A stretch of 64,000 nt of DNA from Alphaproteobacteria bacterium (GTDB lineage Bacteria; Pseudomonadota; Alphaproteobacteria; UBA828): positions 3,968,001 to 4,032,000 of the forward strand of contig OZ243972.1 in assembly GCA_965214705.1 (NCBI GenBank), given 5' to 3'. Shown here one piece after another: positions 43,204 through 55,381 of the stretch. The notes beneath the pieces were generated by a model. That model did not search any database. It was not told where the DNA came from and saw only the letters and a program-made list of their open reading frames with translations. Each line of letters starts with the position of its first letter. Position 1 is the first letter of the stretch. Position numbers and translations under genes: made by a program.

Positions 43204-43928
43204 CGCCTTGGGTTCTTGCACCGGAGACCTCGGTTCGAGCCGTCGCGACATGGGCGCCGGCACGGTGGCACGAGCATGCCGGCGCGGTCATCCCGTTTCT
43301 TGCGGTCGCGAATCGGCGCCGGGCACTGCGTTGGCGTTCTTGTCCTTTGTCTGTGCGTAAGGACCGTCAAACCACCCGGAGCTTCACCGGCGTTCTCCCA
43401 GCGTCGATGAAAGATCGGCCGATGCGATGAGCAATGGGCTTGCCGTCACTCACAGCCGCTCCGTTGGAGAAGAGCTGGCGTGCCGCTGTGATCCAGAAGG
43501 GGTCTGCGGCGTCCTTCTGGTGGGGGATCAGGCCGCTGCCATCGTGCCGATGCACGCCCGCCGGCGCGAGGGGCTTACAAGTTTCCCCCTGCGGCCTCTT
43601 TGAGGATCTGCTTGTCCAACGTCAGATCGGAGAGATCGTGTCCCGCCTCGTGGTGTAGGAGCCTGGCTTCGGCTGCGGTATCCGGCGGGTGGGGCCGGGA
43701 CGCTCAGGCTGCCACGACGGGCAACTTGACGGTGAGAGTGTCGCTCACGGGGGCGACGGATTCCAGTGTCATGTATCTCCTTGAGACGGCCCACTCGTCG
43801 TTCTGCTCAAGCAGCACGGCGCCGACCAGGCGGGTGATGGCGTCTTCGTTGGGGAAGATGCCGACGACGTTGGTTCGCCGCTTGATCTCGGCATGCAGCC
43901 GCTCGATAGGGTTGGTAACCGGTATGAA

Positions 43929-46024
43929 CCCATCTTTGCCATTTTGGCGCGCGCCTGCGACCTAAGTAGTTGCGATGATGGGCTGATTTTCTGGCCCATC
44001 TGGGATTATGGCACTACGTTTGTGCGCTCATCGCGACACTCCCGGGAGCACCGCCCGGCGCCTGTGGGGATCCACCGTGAGGCCCGCCGCCTGCGCGATG
44101 ACGCGCGCCTCGGCGTCGGGTTGAGCATCCTGGCGGATGACGATGCGGTTTCCGTCCACCTCCCGGATGGTGGAGGTGAGACGCACCCAGCCCGCGAGCT
44201 TGTCGCGGATCGTACTCCAGCGGTCATGCAAGCCGTGCGCCGCCAGACGGGTTCGCAGCAGATGAACCGCGTGGTAGGCGAGGACGGCGATGAACAGGTG
44301 GGCGGCGATGCGCGAGGTCTTGGAGTGCCAGACCGGGCGCAGGCCGATTTCGGATTTCAGGCTGCGGAAGGTGGCCTCGAGCTCTGTGAGCTTCCAGTAG
44401 GTTCGGACCACGGTTTCAAGATCCCACTCGACGTGGCTGGTGCGCAGCACATAGATGCCCGCTTGGCGGTCGCGCTCGGCATGGAGAGCGTTGCGCCTCC
44501 AGCGGACCGCACTGGCCCGCCCCTTCTCTCCGGGCTCGACCTCGATGTCGTACTGACGGTGGACGCGCCTGTACCTTTCCTTCAGCCGGCCCAGCTTCTC
44601 CATCACCTTGGTGAACTGCTTGATGTGGTTCTTCTTCGACAGCCCGCCATGCAGGGCGCGCAGGGCGTCCTCGAAGTTGTGACGCTGACGGGCGAGCACG
44701 GCCTCGTCCTTCTGCTGGCGCTCATGGCTCCAGACGCACAGGTGCGCTTCGTCGTCCCCTGCCGCGAGACGCCAGGCGCGGGCATCGTGGCCGGCCCGGG
44801 TTTCGAAGGCGGCATCGGCTTCGCGCCCGGGCGGCGCCGAGACGCCGCGGCGAACGGTGATCCAGTGATAGCCGCCCGCCCGCAGCCAGGCGAGGTTGGC
44901 CTCGGTGGAGATGCCGGCGTCCATGATGACCGTGGGCCTGGGGGCGTTGCTGCCGCGCGCTTGGCATTCCAGCCGCCCGATGGCGTCGGCGAGAGTGGCC
45001 GGCTCGGAGATGTTGCCGGGCAGGATCTCGCTGTGCTGCGGAAAGCCGGCCTGGTTCAGCGACAGGGCCAGGGTCACGATCGGACAATCGTCACGCCTCT
45101 GCTTCGAGCGCCCGAAGCGGGCCAGCGCGGAGCTGGGCCGTCCGGTCATATGGGTGTTGGTCAGGTCGAAGAAGACGATGGTGTCGGGGATGCCGAAGAG
45201 ATCGCGCTCCCGGGCGCACAGCGCCTCTTCAAGCGCCGCGCGGTGACGCCACAAGAGGTCGCCGATGCGGTAGAGCTTGCTGAGCGTGAGCGACTTGCCG
45301 CTGTCGACATCGAGCAACTCCAGGGTCGCGCTGTTCGCGCTCAGCCAGCGGAAGGCCTCGCGCTCGCTGGAGGGATGGATCATGCGCGCGACCACCAGTG
45401 CCGCCGCGATGCGTGCGTCGCGCTCACTTGCGCCCAGCCTCTCCAGCGTCTCGATGAAGCGAAGGTCGTCAAGCGCGGCGAGAGCCAGGCGCTCGCAGCC
45501 CACCGAGCGGACCTGTTCGTGGGAGAGGCTATCGAGACGGACCGTGGCCAGGTCGCTCTCGTCCCCGGGCCGCGACGCGCCGAGATCGCGGGCGTGAAGC
45601 CGCCGTACGACGTCCTCGGCGACGGGGCGCAAGGCGGCATCCGGCTCCAGCAGCGGCTCGCTGCCGGCGAGAAGGGTTTCGATCAGAAGCGCCAATTCGC
45701 GCCATTGCTCCTCGGGCACACCGAAGTCGGCGCCGAGATTGAGGAGCGTGACCTGGCGCACCCTTCCGCCGATGCGTTCGCTGCGCACGAGGCGGTAGGT
45801 GGCATAGCGCTCGCCACCGTCTCCGCGACCGGTGAGGGTTTTGCGAATGAACATGGCGGCAGGGTCACGGACAGTTTGCGGACTGTCAAGGAGCGCCGGC
45901 CCACAGACCAAAGATTATGGCACTACAATGGACTTCCCAAAACACAATCCAACAAAATCAGTGCCTTAGATCCCAAAGGCTACCCAAAATCAGGCCTTCG
46001 GGACCGAAAAGTGGCAAAGATGGG
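43929..46024 (-). mobile_element. IS1634-family insertion sequence (transposase about 45853-44028)
   Basis: IRs CCCATCTTTGCCA; TGAA duplicated; FFDLTN, VIMDAG, YWKLTELEATFRSLK, LRPVWH. Confidence 0.9.
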
Positions 46025-46119
46025 TGAAGATGTCGGTGCCGCTGTCTCCGTCGTGGTCCTTGGGGCTGTGACGTATGGTGCGACCATCCGGGACAAGAGG
46101 CACCGGGAGCACGAAGGTG

Positions 46120-46230
46120 CGGGCAGGCCGGTCCACACGATGAGCTGCGAGCTCGTGTTAGTAGCTGGCCGCCTCTGCGACTCGCCCGGTTGCGCCGAGA
46201 GCGCGGATCCGTAGGTGTCGTGTTGCCCGC
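46120..46230 (+). ncRNA. Putative bridge RNA of IS110 #2 (approximate limits)
   Basis: Two guide-hairpin-guide loops matching target (46134-46162) and donor (46186-46212) junctions. Confidence 0.65.
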
Positions 46231-49200
46231 CGCTCCCGTCACGCAAACGACAGGAGGCGCGGAATGCGACGTGTCATCGGCATCGACATCCACCGGACCT
46301 TCGGGGAGGTGGTGATCTAGGAGAACGGGGCTTTGCAGCACGCCGGCCGGGTGGATATGACCCGCACGGGATTGGAGGGCTTCGGCAAGGGCCTGCGGGC
46401 GACGGACGAGGTGGTGATCGAAGCGACGGGGAACTGCATGGCAGTCTCGCGTGTGCTGTCGCCCTTCGTGAAGCGGGTGGTGATCGCCAATCCGTTGCAG
46501 GTGAAGGCGATCGCGCACGCCCATGTGAAGACCGACAAGGTCGACGCGGGGACGCTGGCGAGCTTGTACGCGGCGGGGTATCTGCCCGAGATCTGGACGC
46601 CGGATGCGGCTACCGAGCGGCTGCGCCGGTTGGTGGCGCGGCGCTACCAGGTGGTGCGCCACAGGACGCGGCTCAAGAACGAGGTGCATTCGATCCTTCA
46701 TGCGCATCTGATCCCGAAGTGCCCGCACGCGGACCTGTTCAACCGGCGGGGGCGGTCGTGGCTGTCGCGCCAGCCCTTTCCCGACGACGAGCGTGCCGCG
46801 ATCGAGCGGCACATCCGTGAGCTTGATCGCCTGGGCGAGGACCTCGACCTCCTCGACCGCGAGATCGCGGAGAGTGCGCTGGACGATGCGGCGATCAAGC
46901 GGCTGATGACGATCACCGGTGTCAATCTCACCGTCGCGGTGGGACTGATGGCGGCGATCGGCGACATCGCCCGCTTCTCTTGCCCGCAGAAGCTGGTGAG
47001 CTACTTCGGCCTCAACCCGCGTGTGCGCCAGTCCGGTCTCGGCGCTGCCCACCACGGGCGGATCAGCAAGATCGGCCGCAGCCATGCCCGGACGATGCTG
47101 GTCGAGGCCGCCTGGGCGGCGGCAAAGGCCCCGGGGCCATTGCACGCCTTCTTCGTCCGCATCCGCGCCCGCCGCGGCCACCAGGTCGCCGCCGTCGCCG
47201 TCGTGCGCAAGCTGGCCGTCCTCTGCTGGCACATGCTGACCAAGGAGGAGGACTACCTCTGGGCCCGCCCGGCACTGGTGGCCAACAAGCTGCGCGCCAT
47301 GGAGCTGCAGGCCGGCAGGCCGCAGCAAAAGGGGAACCGGCGCGGACCGGCCTACGCTTACAACATCAAGGCGCTGCGCGACCAGGAGATCGATCTCGCC
47401 CGGCAAGCCGAGCGTAGCTACGAACGCTTCGTTGGCAACTGGCGTCCGCGCAAGCCACGGGACGGGGCGCGCGGACGCCTCAAGCCGGCAAGGCCTGAGT
47501 GAGGCAGCCCGGCGGCGCTTTCAGCCGCAGCGCCGCTCTTCGCCACGAGGTCGCCCGCGCAACCGACATCCTGCCACGGCCTCGAAGAAAGCGCTTGTCC
47601 ATCTCATCCGTCGAGTGCAGCTTGGTTCGGTGCTCCCTGGGGAAAGTCATGTAGGCCAGCACGTCGTGCTCGGCCTCGTCCATGAGGGTGGCGAGCTTGG
47701 GCGCCTTGGGCCTGAGCTGGTCGGCGACCAGGCGCCACTGGGCGCTTGCGGCCTCGGCGTCGTCCTGGGCGAAGGCGGTGGCGACGAAGGCAGACACGAC
47801 ACGCCGGCCCTGTCTGCCGGCATGGGCGAGCAGATTGCGCATGAAGTGGATGCGGCATCTCTGCCAGGTGGCGCCGAGGATGCGCCTGGCGGCGGCCTTG
47901 AGCCCCTTGTGGTCGTCGGAGATCACCAGCTTGACGCCGCCGAGCCCGCGCCGGGTGAGCGAGCGCAGGAACTCGGTCCAGAAGGTCTCGGCCTCGGACG
48001 CGCCGATCGCCATGCCAAGGACCTCGCGCCGGCCCTGGTCGTTGACCGCCACCGCGACGGTGACCGCGACCGGGACGATGCGCCCGGCCTCGCGCACCTT
48101 CACGTAGGTGGCATCCAGCCAGAGATAGGGCCAGTCTCCCTCCAGCGGGCGGTCGAGGAAGCTCCTGATCTTGTCGTCGATCTCGCCGCACAGCCTGGAC
48201 ACCTGGCTCTTGGAGATGCCGCTCATGCCCATCGCCTGCATCAGGTCGTCGACCGAGCGGGTCGACACGCCCTGGATGTAGGCCTCCTGGATCACCGCGG
48301 TCAGCGCCTTCTCGGCCATCCGACGCGGCTCAAGGAAGCCCGGGAAGTAGCTCCCCTTCCTCAGCTTCGGGATCTTCAGCGCCACCGTGCCCGCGCGGGT
48401 CTCCCAGGCCCGCTCGCGGTAGCCGTTGCGGTGGGTGATCCGCTCCGGCGAACGCTCGCCATGCGCAGCCCCGGTCAGCCCTTCCACCTCCAGCGCCATC
48501 AGACGCTCGGCCGCGAAGCCGATCATCTCGCGCAGCAGATCGGCGTCGGAACTCTTCTCCAAAAGCCCGCGCAGGGCCATCATGTCCTCGGTCATCGTGG
48601 TTCTCCTCGGTATCGGGTTGGCGTTGCACGACCCAACCCTAATCCGGAACCGCGATGGCCTCCGCTGTGGATAAGCAGCCCGCCGCCGCCAGACTCGCGG
48701 CGGTCGCGGCGGCGGGCTGCTTACCCACAGCTACCAACCGAAGCCAGAGCTCCTACACCACGCTTGGGGACACGACCATCGGAGACCGCACGGCGCAGCC
48801 GCTCGTTCTCCTTCTCGAGCTCCTTCAGACGACGAAGCTGATCGCCGCTCATCCCGGCGTACTCCTTGCGCCACCTGTAGAACGTGACTTCGCTGATCCC
48901 GAGCTGCCGGATCGCGTCCGCCATCGACGCTCCCTGACCGTGCAGAACCTCAGCCCGCCGCAGCAGGCTCACGATCTCCTCGGGCTTGTAACGCTTCCTT
49001 GCCATCGTCGGCCCTCCTCTTTCCATAACCTAAGGGTGGACCAATTCGATGGGAGAGGATCATCAGGGTGGGAGATGTCCGGTCGTCTGGCGCCCCGGCT
49101 TCCGCCATTCCATCGTCGTGCCTCGCAGCCACCTCAAGCGCGGGCGGGCCGTCGTGCCCGTCGCTTGCCTTCACTGACGGCTCAGGAGCGAGATACCCGC

Positions 49201-49822
49201 GCACGGCCGGGAGACTCCGCCTCATCGAATAGATGTCGACTTACAGGGGGCCTTTCTCGACGGCACCGAGCCGATTCGTACCCTGTGGGCACCCGCTTCG
49301 GTGAGACGTCTCACGCCGCCTCACGCTTCACCGCCTCGACCTTGGGTTGTGCGCGTGTGGCGCGGGCCGCGTTACAATCGCCGCAACGTCCGGCACCGGT
49401 TCAGGAAGTTTCGGCACCGGCAGTGTCGGTTGCGAAGCGCGTGGCGCCGGTTAGGGTAGCAGCCATGCGGAATGCTCCGAAGCGGAAAGCCTCGGATCAC
49501 GCTTCGTGAGCCCTGAATCAATGTGCGGCCGCGCGACGCGCTCGCTTTGCGCCTCGTGCGACGAGATCCAGTCGGCCAGGCAATGCCCAATGGCGCCGCA
49601 CACGACGCCCATGGGCAAGGCTACCGCCAGCCACCAGGGCGCGCACAGGTGAAGCGCGACGGGCACGGCCACGGCCGCAGCGACCAAGACGGTGCAAGAT
49701 GAGACTCCGAGTATGGGTCTTCATTCCACGAACCGATTCGACTCGCGCGCGACCCGACATCAACACTGACAATAAAGTCGAATGCGCCGCGCATCGTACG
49801 CTCTCTCGGTCCAGGCTTACGG

Positions 49823-52800
49823 CTATCTGATAAGGCGCTTGATTTCGACCGAAGCTGTGATCGTTCCCCCCTTCACGTATGCCTCGTGATTGCGCTCGAT
49901 CGCCCTGGGATCGTAAAGATAGTTGACCATCAAACCGGCTGATTGCGAAAGGCCCTTGGCCGATACGTCGCCGAGCCAGTTGATCCGCTCGAGGCGTGCC
50001 CCGTTGCGCAAGTGGAAGCGGGCAACCGGATCCAGCGGCCGCCCGCCCGATCCGACCTCCAACAGATAGCGTGCGCAAAGCCGCGTCAACGGTCCCTGCA
50101 TCTTCTCGGTGGCCTCTTCATTTCGGTGCCAGGAGGCCAGCGACAGGTGATCGATTGCCTCTGCCTCGTTTCCGGAGAGCGTATCGTCCGCTTTTCCGAC
50201 CACCGAGTTCAGCCATGCGCTGAACCCCAGGATCGGCGAAAGCGTTGCAAAGGTCTTCAAGCCCGGCAGTTCGTGAGCGAGTTCCACCACCACCTGCTTG
50301 ATTAGGAAGTTGCCGAAGGAAATGCCGACGAGCCCGGCCTGGCAATTGTTGATAGCATAGAAGACCGCCGTGTCGGCCTCCCCGGGATCGATTGTGCCTT
50401 CCGGAGCATCGATGAGCGTTTGCACCGCACTCGTCATTCCGCGTACCAGCGCCACCTCGACGAAGATCAGCGGCTCGCCCGGCAGCGCGGGGTGAAAGAA
50501 CGCAAAGCACCGCCTGTCTTCGGCAAGGCGGCGTTTGAGATCCGACCACCCCGACATCGGCTGCACTGCCTCGTAGCTCATGATCTTTTCCAGGAGCGTT
50601 GCCGGGCTCTCCCAATCGATCTTTTCCAGGTGGAGAAAACCGCGGTTGAACCAGGAGGTGAGCAAGTGCACGAAGTCCGCGTCGATCGCCTTGAGCGACG
50701 CGTCGTCCGTCAGCATCTTCAACGTAAGCGGTATCGGGCCCCCATACTTCCAGCGGATCTGATTTCGGGGCTGACTCTCCGCCTTGACCACGAGCCACAC
50801 AGGAGAGATCGCGATGACAGATTCGATTTTGGCATCTGGCGACGGTGTCGCTGTTGCTTCGGTTGAGATCCCAGCTTCTGAGGGAGCCGCCCCGGCTCCG
50901 TCTGAGCCGGCCCCCATGCGACGCTGGCCGGACGATGAGAAGGCGCGGATTGTCTCGGAGAGCTTTGAGCCGGGCTCTTCGGTTGCGGCGGTCGCGCGCC
51001 GCCATGGCGTCAGCGATACGACCCTGACCAAGTGGCGGCGGCGCGCGCGGGAGGGAACTCTTCCGGGCGCTCGGATTGGTGGCTCTGCACCGCCATTTGT
51101 TCCCGTGGTGGTTGATAGCGTGACGTCCGAGCGGACGGTGGCGATCGAGGCGCTAGGCGTGGTCGTTCGCCTTCCGGTGGAGAGCGCGGTCGATCGGATT
51201 GTTGCGGTGGCCTCGGGCCTGGGCCGGGCGTCGTCATGATCGCGGCCCCCTCGCTTCGCATCGTGTTGGCGACGCGGCCGGTTGATTTTCGTCGCGGCCA
51301 CGACGCGCTTGCGGCGACGGCGGCGGGGGAGCTGGACCTCGATATCTATTCCGGGGTGATCGTGATCTTCCGCTCGCGCCGCGGCGACAGGCTCAAGCTC
51401 CTTGCGTGGGACGGCAGCGGTCTGGTGATGACCTACAAGCGTCTGGAGCAGGGCCGCTTCGCCTGGCCTCGGATCGAGGATGGTGTGATGCGCCTTACGA
51501 AGGGCCAGTTCGAGGCCCTCTTCGAGGGTCTGGACTGGCGCCGGGTGAAGGCCCGCCCGGTTCGCCGCCCGCTGGCGGCGGAGTGAGGCGGCACGCAGGC
51601 GGGGCCGCAGATTTCGGTCGCGGTCCCGCCTGCACTTTTCCCTGGTCATGCATTGGCGAATCGGATTAAGGGGTGGCCCATGCCGAAGGTCACGCCCTCA
51701 CCCCTCAGCAGCGCCGGTTCGCCGTCGCCTGCGGTGGTTTCGGCGGCGCTGGCGGCCCTGCATGCGGAGCTTGACGACGAGCGCGCGGCGCGCCGGGCGA
51801 CGGAAGCAGCCCTATGCGAAGCGGAGCAGGCACGCGGCGCGGCGGAGGCGGCGAGGCAGACGGCGGAAGCGCGGGCGGCACGGCTGGAGGCCGAGAACGC
51901 GCAGAGCGCGGAGCAGATCAGCCGGCTTGAGCATCTCAACAAGGAGCTCAGGAAGGCGCTGTTCGGTCCGCGCTCCGAGAAGCTCGGCGAGGACGAGCGC
52001 CAGCTTACGTTCGAGGAGTTTTGGGCGGCGATCGCTGAAGCCGGCGGTCGGCCCGAGGCAGATGACCAGGAGCAGGACGAGGGGGCTGGCGGCAAGCGCC
52101 GGCGGCGCTCTTCCCGGGGGTCGCGCAGCGGGGTGCGCTTCGGGCCCCAGGTCGACCGGCGCGAGGAGGTGATCGAGCCGGACACGATCATGTGCCCCTG
52201 CGGCTGCGGCGAGATGACGAAGATCGGCGAGGACCGCAGCGAGCGGCTGGACTATGAGCCGGCGAAGTTCACCGTCATCGAGACCGTGCGCCCCCGCTAC
52301 GCCTGCAACAAGTGCAAGGGGGGCGGGGTGGTGCAGTCGCCGGCGCCGGCCGCTCTGGTCGAGGGCGGCCTTCCCACCGAGGCTCTTCTGGCGCAGGTGC
52401 TGATCGCGAAGTACGGCGATCATTGCCCGCTCTATCGCCAGTCGCAGATCTACGAGCGCTCGGGGATCGAGGTTCACCGTGCGACGCTGGCGACGTGGGT
52501 GGGCCAGGCGTCGTTTCACCTGCGCCCCGTGGTCGCTTGCCTGGAGGATGAGCTGAAGAAGTCGGATCACCTGGGTCTGGACGAGACCACGATCCGCGTT
52601 CTCGACCCGGGCCGGGGCAAGACGAAGACGGGCTACATGTGGACCCTTGTGCGTGACGAGCGCCACTGGAGCGGCACGGACCCGCCGGGCGTCGTCTATC
52701 GCTATGCGCCCGGCCGCGGCGGCAAGTATGGCGCCGAGCTTATGGAGGGCTTTTCGGGGACGGTGCAGCTCGACGGCTACTCGGGCCACAACATCCTGGC

Positions 52801-53899
52801 GCGGCCGGACCGGGCGGAAGGCCCTGTGACGCGGGCCCTCTGTTGGGCGCATGTAAGACGGAAGCTGAAAGAGGTATACGACTCGAGCGCATCGCCGATC
52901 GCGCTGGCCGGTCTGAATCGGATCGCGAAGCTCTATGCGATCGAGAAGAAGATCCGGGGCAAGCCGCCGGCGGAGCGCCGCGCGATCCGTTGGGAGGAGT
53001 CGGCGCCGATCGTGAACACCTTCGGTGTCTGGCTCGACGAGCAGCGCTCGCGCGTCTCACCGCGCTCGCGTCTCGGCGAGAAGCTGACCTATATCGCCAA
53101 CCAGTGGGACGGGCTGCTGGAGTTCCTGCACGACGGTCGTGTCGAGATCGACTCGAACCTGGTGGAAAACCGAATCCGGCCGCTGAAGCTCACCGCCAAG
53201 AACGCGCTCTTCGCCGGCAACGACGAGGGTGCGCAAGCCTGGGCCCGCATCGCCTCGCTGATCGAGACCTGCAAGATGAACGGCGTCGAGCCCTACGCCT
53301 GGATGCGGAGCACGCTCGAGAAGATCGCCAAGGGCCACCCGCAGTCGGGCATCCAGGAGCTTCTGCCGTGGAACTTCCAGCCCGAGGCAAAATGACTCGC
53401 GCGCTCACGGCGCTCCTCAAGAAATCCCCGTCGTAGTCAAGCCAGATTCCGGTATGGGGTCTGCGTACCGCTTACTCTTCAACAGGTCCGCGCGCATAGT
53501 CACGATGGTCGAGGTGCCATTGGGCGCCATGTTGATGCGTCGGATGAGCTCCTGCCGGGGCGGCTCAACCGCTGCGCTGAGCGCCACGAGGGTGTCGAAG
53601 CCAGGCGCAGCCCTGTAGTCCTCGCTTGCCGCATGGATCGCCGCCGGGTCCGGACCATAGTCTGCCGCCAGCGTTGCGAAGAAGGCACGCTTCTCCACCG
53701 GGCTCATGGCGCGATAGGCATCGGCCATGTCCCGTGCCAGAGCCGTTCCAGATGCTTCGCCCCGCGTGGAAAGCAGCGCGTCACACAGCGCCGCGGGCGA
53801 TCGCGCGCGCAACCTTCCCGTCGACGATCCGCGCCGCAGGAGCTCGCGGCCGGCATCCGCCACGGAATTGATCACCTGGTTCAACCGCGATGACCTCAT
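49823..53899 (-). pseudogene. Malonyl-CoA decarboxylase split by IS66
   Basis: N-part RGEASG...EPPRQELIRRIN; C-part SWFNRGFL, YEAVQ, GISFGNFLIKQVV, DPVARFHLRNGA; in frame once the IS and one TSD are removed. Confidence 0.92.
50724..53475 (+). mobile_element. IS66-family element: tnpA 50814-51239, tnpB 51236-51586, tnpC 51680-53395
   Basis: IRs GTAAGCGGTA; 8-bp TSD TCTTCAAC; PVDFRRG (TnpB); LDETT, CWAHVRRK, IDSNLVEN (TnpC). Confidence 0.96.
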
Positions 53900-55381
53900 G
53901 CCTCTTCAAGTTCCTCCTCGGATGGCGACGCTCGGTCTACCGTGTGGGGTGGGTTCGCCAAATCGGCATCGCACCCTGACAGGTGAAGGAATACGTGGGG
54001 GCCGACGGCGGTACGGACAAGGTTAAGGGTTGGGCAGGCTCTCTCTCGAGAGCCTGCCCAACCCTTTTGAACGAAGCCGCGGGCCACGAGAGGCGAAGTT
54101 GAGCTATGTGGAAAGTGCGCTGATGTCAGCGTCAGGCGGCATCCACCGGCAGCAGAGTTGCGCATAAAATCGACGCTCGCGCCGGTCTTTCGGCAGGCAT
54201 GCGGGCGCACGCTGCGAGGACTGAGCGGGGTGTGAGCCGAGGGCTGTCAGCCCGGCTCAAGCGGAGACAGGTTCGGTCGTGCGTCGGCGCTTTGGCGCCG
54301 TTGCGCGGGGCCGAAGCGAGCGGGCGTCTCACGGTTTCCCCCTGTGGGTCGGCGGCAGCGCCGGCGGGCCGCGCGTCGAGCGGGGCTCATGGCGGCGGCG
54401 GATTTCGCGGACGAGGCGCATGACGCCGCCGCAGTGGGGGCAGGCCACGGGCGCGGTGCCGATCTCGGGCTCTTCGTCGGGCTCGGCCTGAGCGCCGTCC
54501 ACGCTTCCCTCGGGGGCGGCGCAGCCGAGGGCGCCGAGAGCCTGGCGTGCTCTCTCCAGCGTGCTGGCGCGGCAGCCGTTGGCGAGGATGCCGAAGTAGC
54601 GAATGCGGTGCATGCCGTCCGGCAGGACGTGCCTCAGGAAGCGGCGGATGAACTCGTCGGCGCTCACGGTGGCGATGCCGTAGCGCGGCTTTCTCTGCCC
54701 CGGCGCCTTGGGCTTTCGGTGGCGGAAGGAGACCGTCTCGCCGTCGAAGGAGACGATGCGGCTGTCGGAGATGGCGATCCTGTGCGTGTAGTGCGAGAGG
54801 TACCGGAAGACCTGCTCAGGCCCGCGGAAGGGCCGCTTGGCGTAGACCACCCAGTCCCTGGCCCGGGCGGCGGCAAGCGTGGCGTGGAACTCGCCGGGAT
54901 TGGCGAGGTGGGCGACGGTGCCGTGGAACTCCAGGTCCCCCCGGCCGTGGGCGCGGGCGAGCTCCTCGAGGAAGAGGCGGCGGAACAGGCTGCCGAGGAC
55001 CTTGACGGGGGCGAGGAAGGTGGTGCTCCCCGTCTTCCACTCGCCACTGTCTACGTCGAAGCCCGCGTTGGGCACGACCACGTGCAGGTGCGGGTGGAAG
55101 CGGAGCTTCTGATCCCAGGTATGGAGGACCGCGGTGCCGCCGATGCGCATGCCGCCGTGGCGGGGATCGGCGGCGATGGTGCGCAGGGTCTCGGCGACGG
55201 CCCGGAAGAGGATGTCGAACACCACCCTGCGGTTGCAGAAGGCAATGGCGGCAACCTCCTTGGGCAGGGTGAAGACCACATGGAAGTAGGGCACCGGCAG
55301 GATGTCCCCGGCGCGCTCCTCGCTCCAGAGGTTGGCGGCGAGACCCTGGCAGGTGGGGCAGTGGCGGTTGCGGCAGGAGTT

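Larger units (their letters stand above)
43917..47611 (+). mobile_element. IS110-family element #2; recombinase 46264-47502 has an in-frame TAG at codon 19; left end interrupted by IS1634
   Basis: GIDIHR, IEATGN, KTDKVDA, RQSG; GT core at 43915-43916 and 47610-47611; TAG at 46318-46320. Confidence 0.9.
43634..48777 (-). mobile_element. IS256-family element, transposase split (48595-47612 and 43916-43704)
   Basis: IRs GATCGTGTCCC...GTGGTGTAGGAGC; 8-bp TSD ATCGGAGA; rejoined KLHST|[14 protein letters not shown]. Confidence 0.93.
43545..49062 (-). mobile_element. IS3-family (IS407-group-like) remnant: IRL and orfA split by IS256, orfB lost
   Basis: IRL TGATCCTCTCCC at 49062; orfA MARKRYKPEEIV...RLRRAVSD|LTLDKQILKEAAGGNL across the IS256; GGGAAAC shift site. 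Confidence 0.8.

Noticed and set aside
46318-46320. In-frame TAG as possible recoding (pyrrolysine or readthrough)
   Set aside because: A single TGG-to-TAG change explains it; TAG is a normal stop elsewhere in the window; could also be a sequencing error
49451-49730. Short hydrophobic ORF downstream of the decarboxylase
   Set aside because: Start and hydrophobic stretch fall in different frames; no recognisable family
49823-51649. 608-aa ORF as an extended malonyl-CoA decarboxylase
   Set aside because: Its N-terminal part is antisense IS66 sequence; the true N-terminus is at 53899-53484
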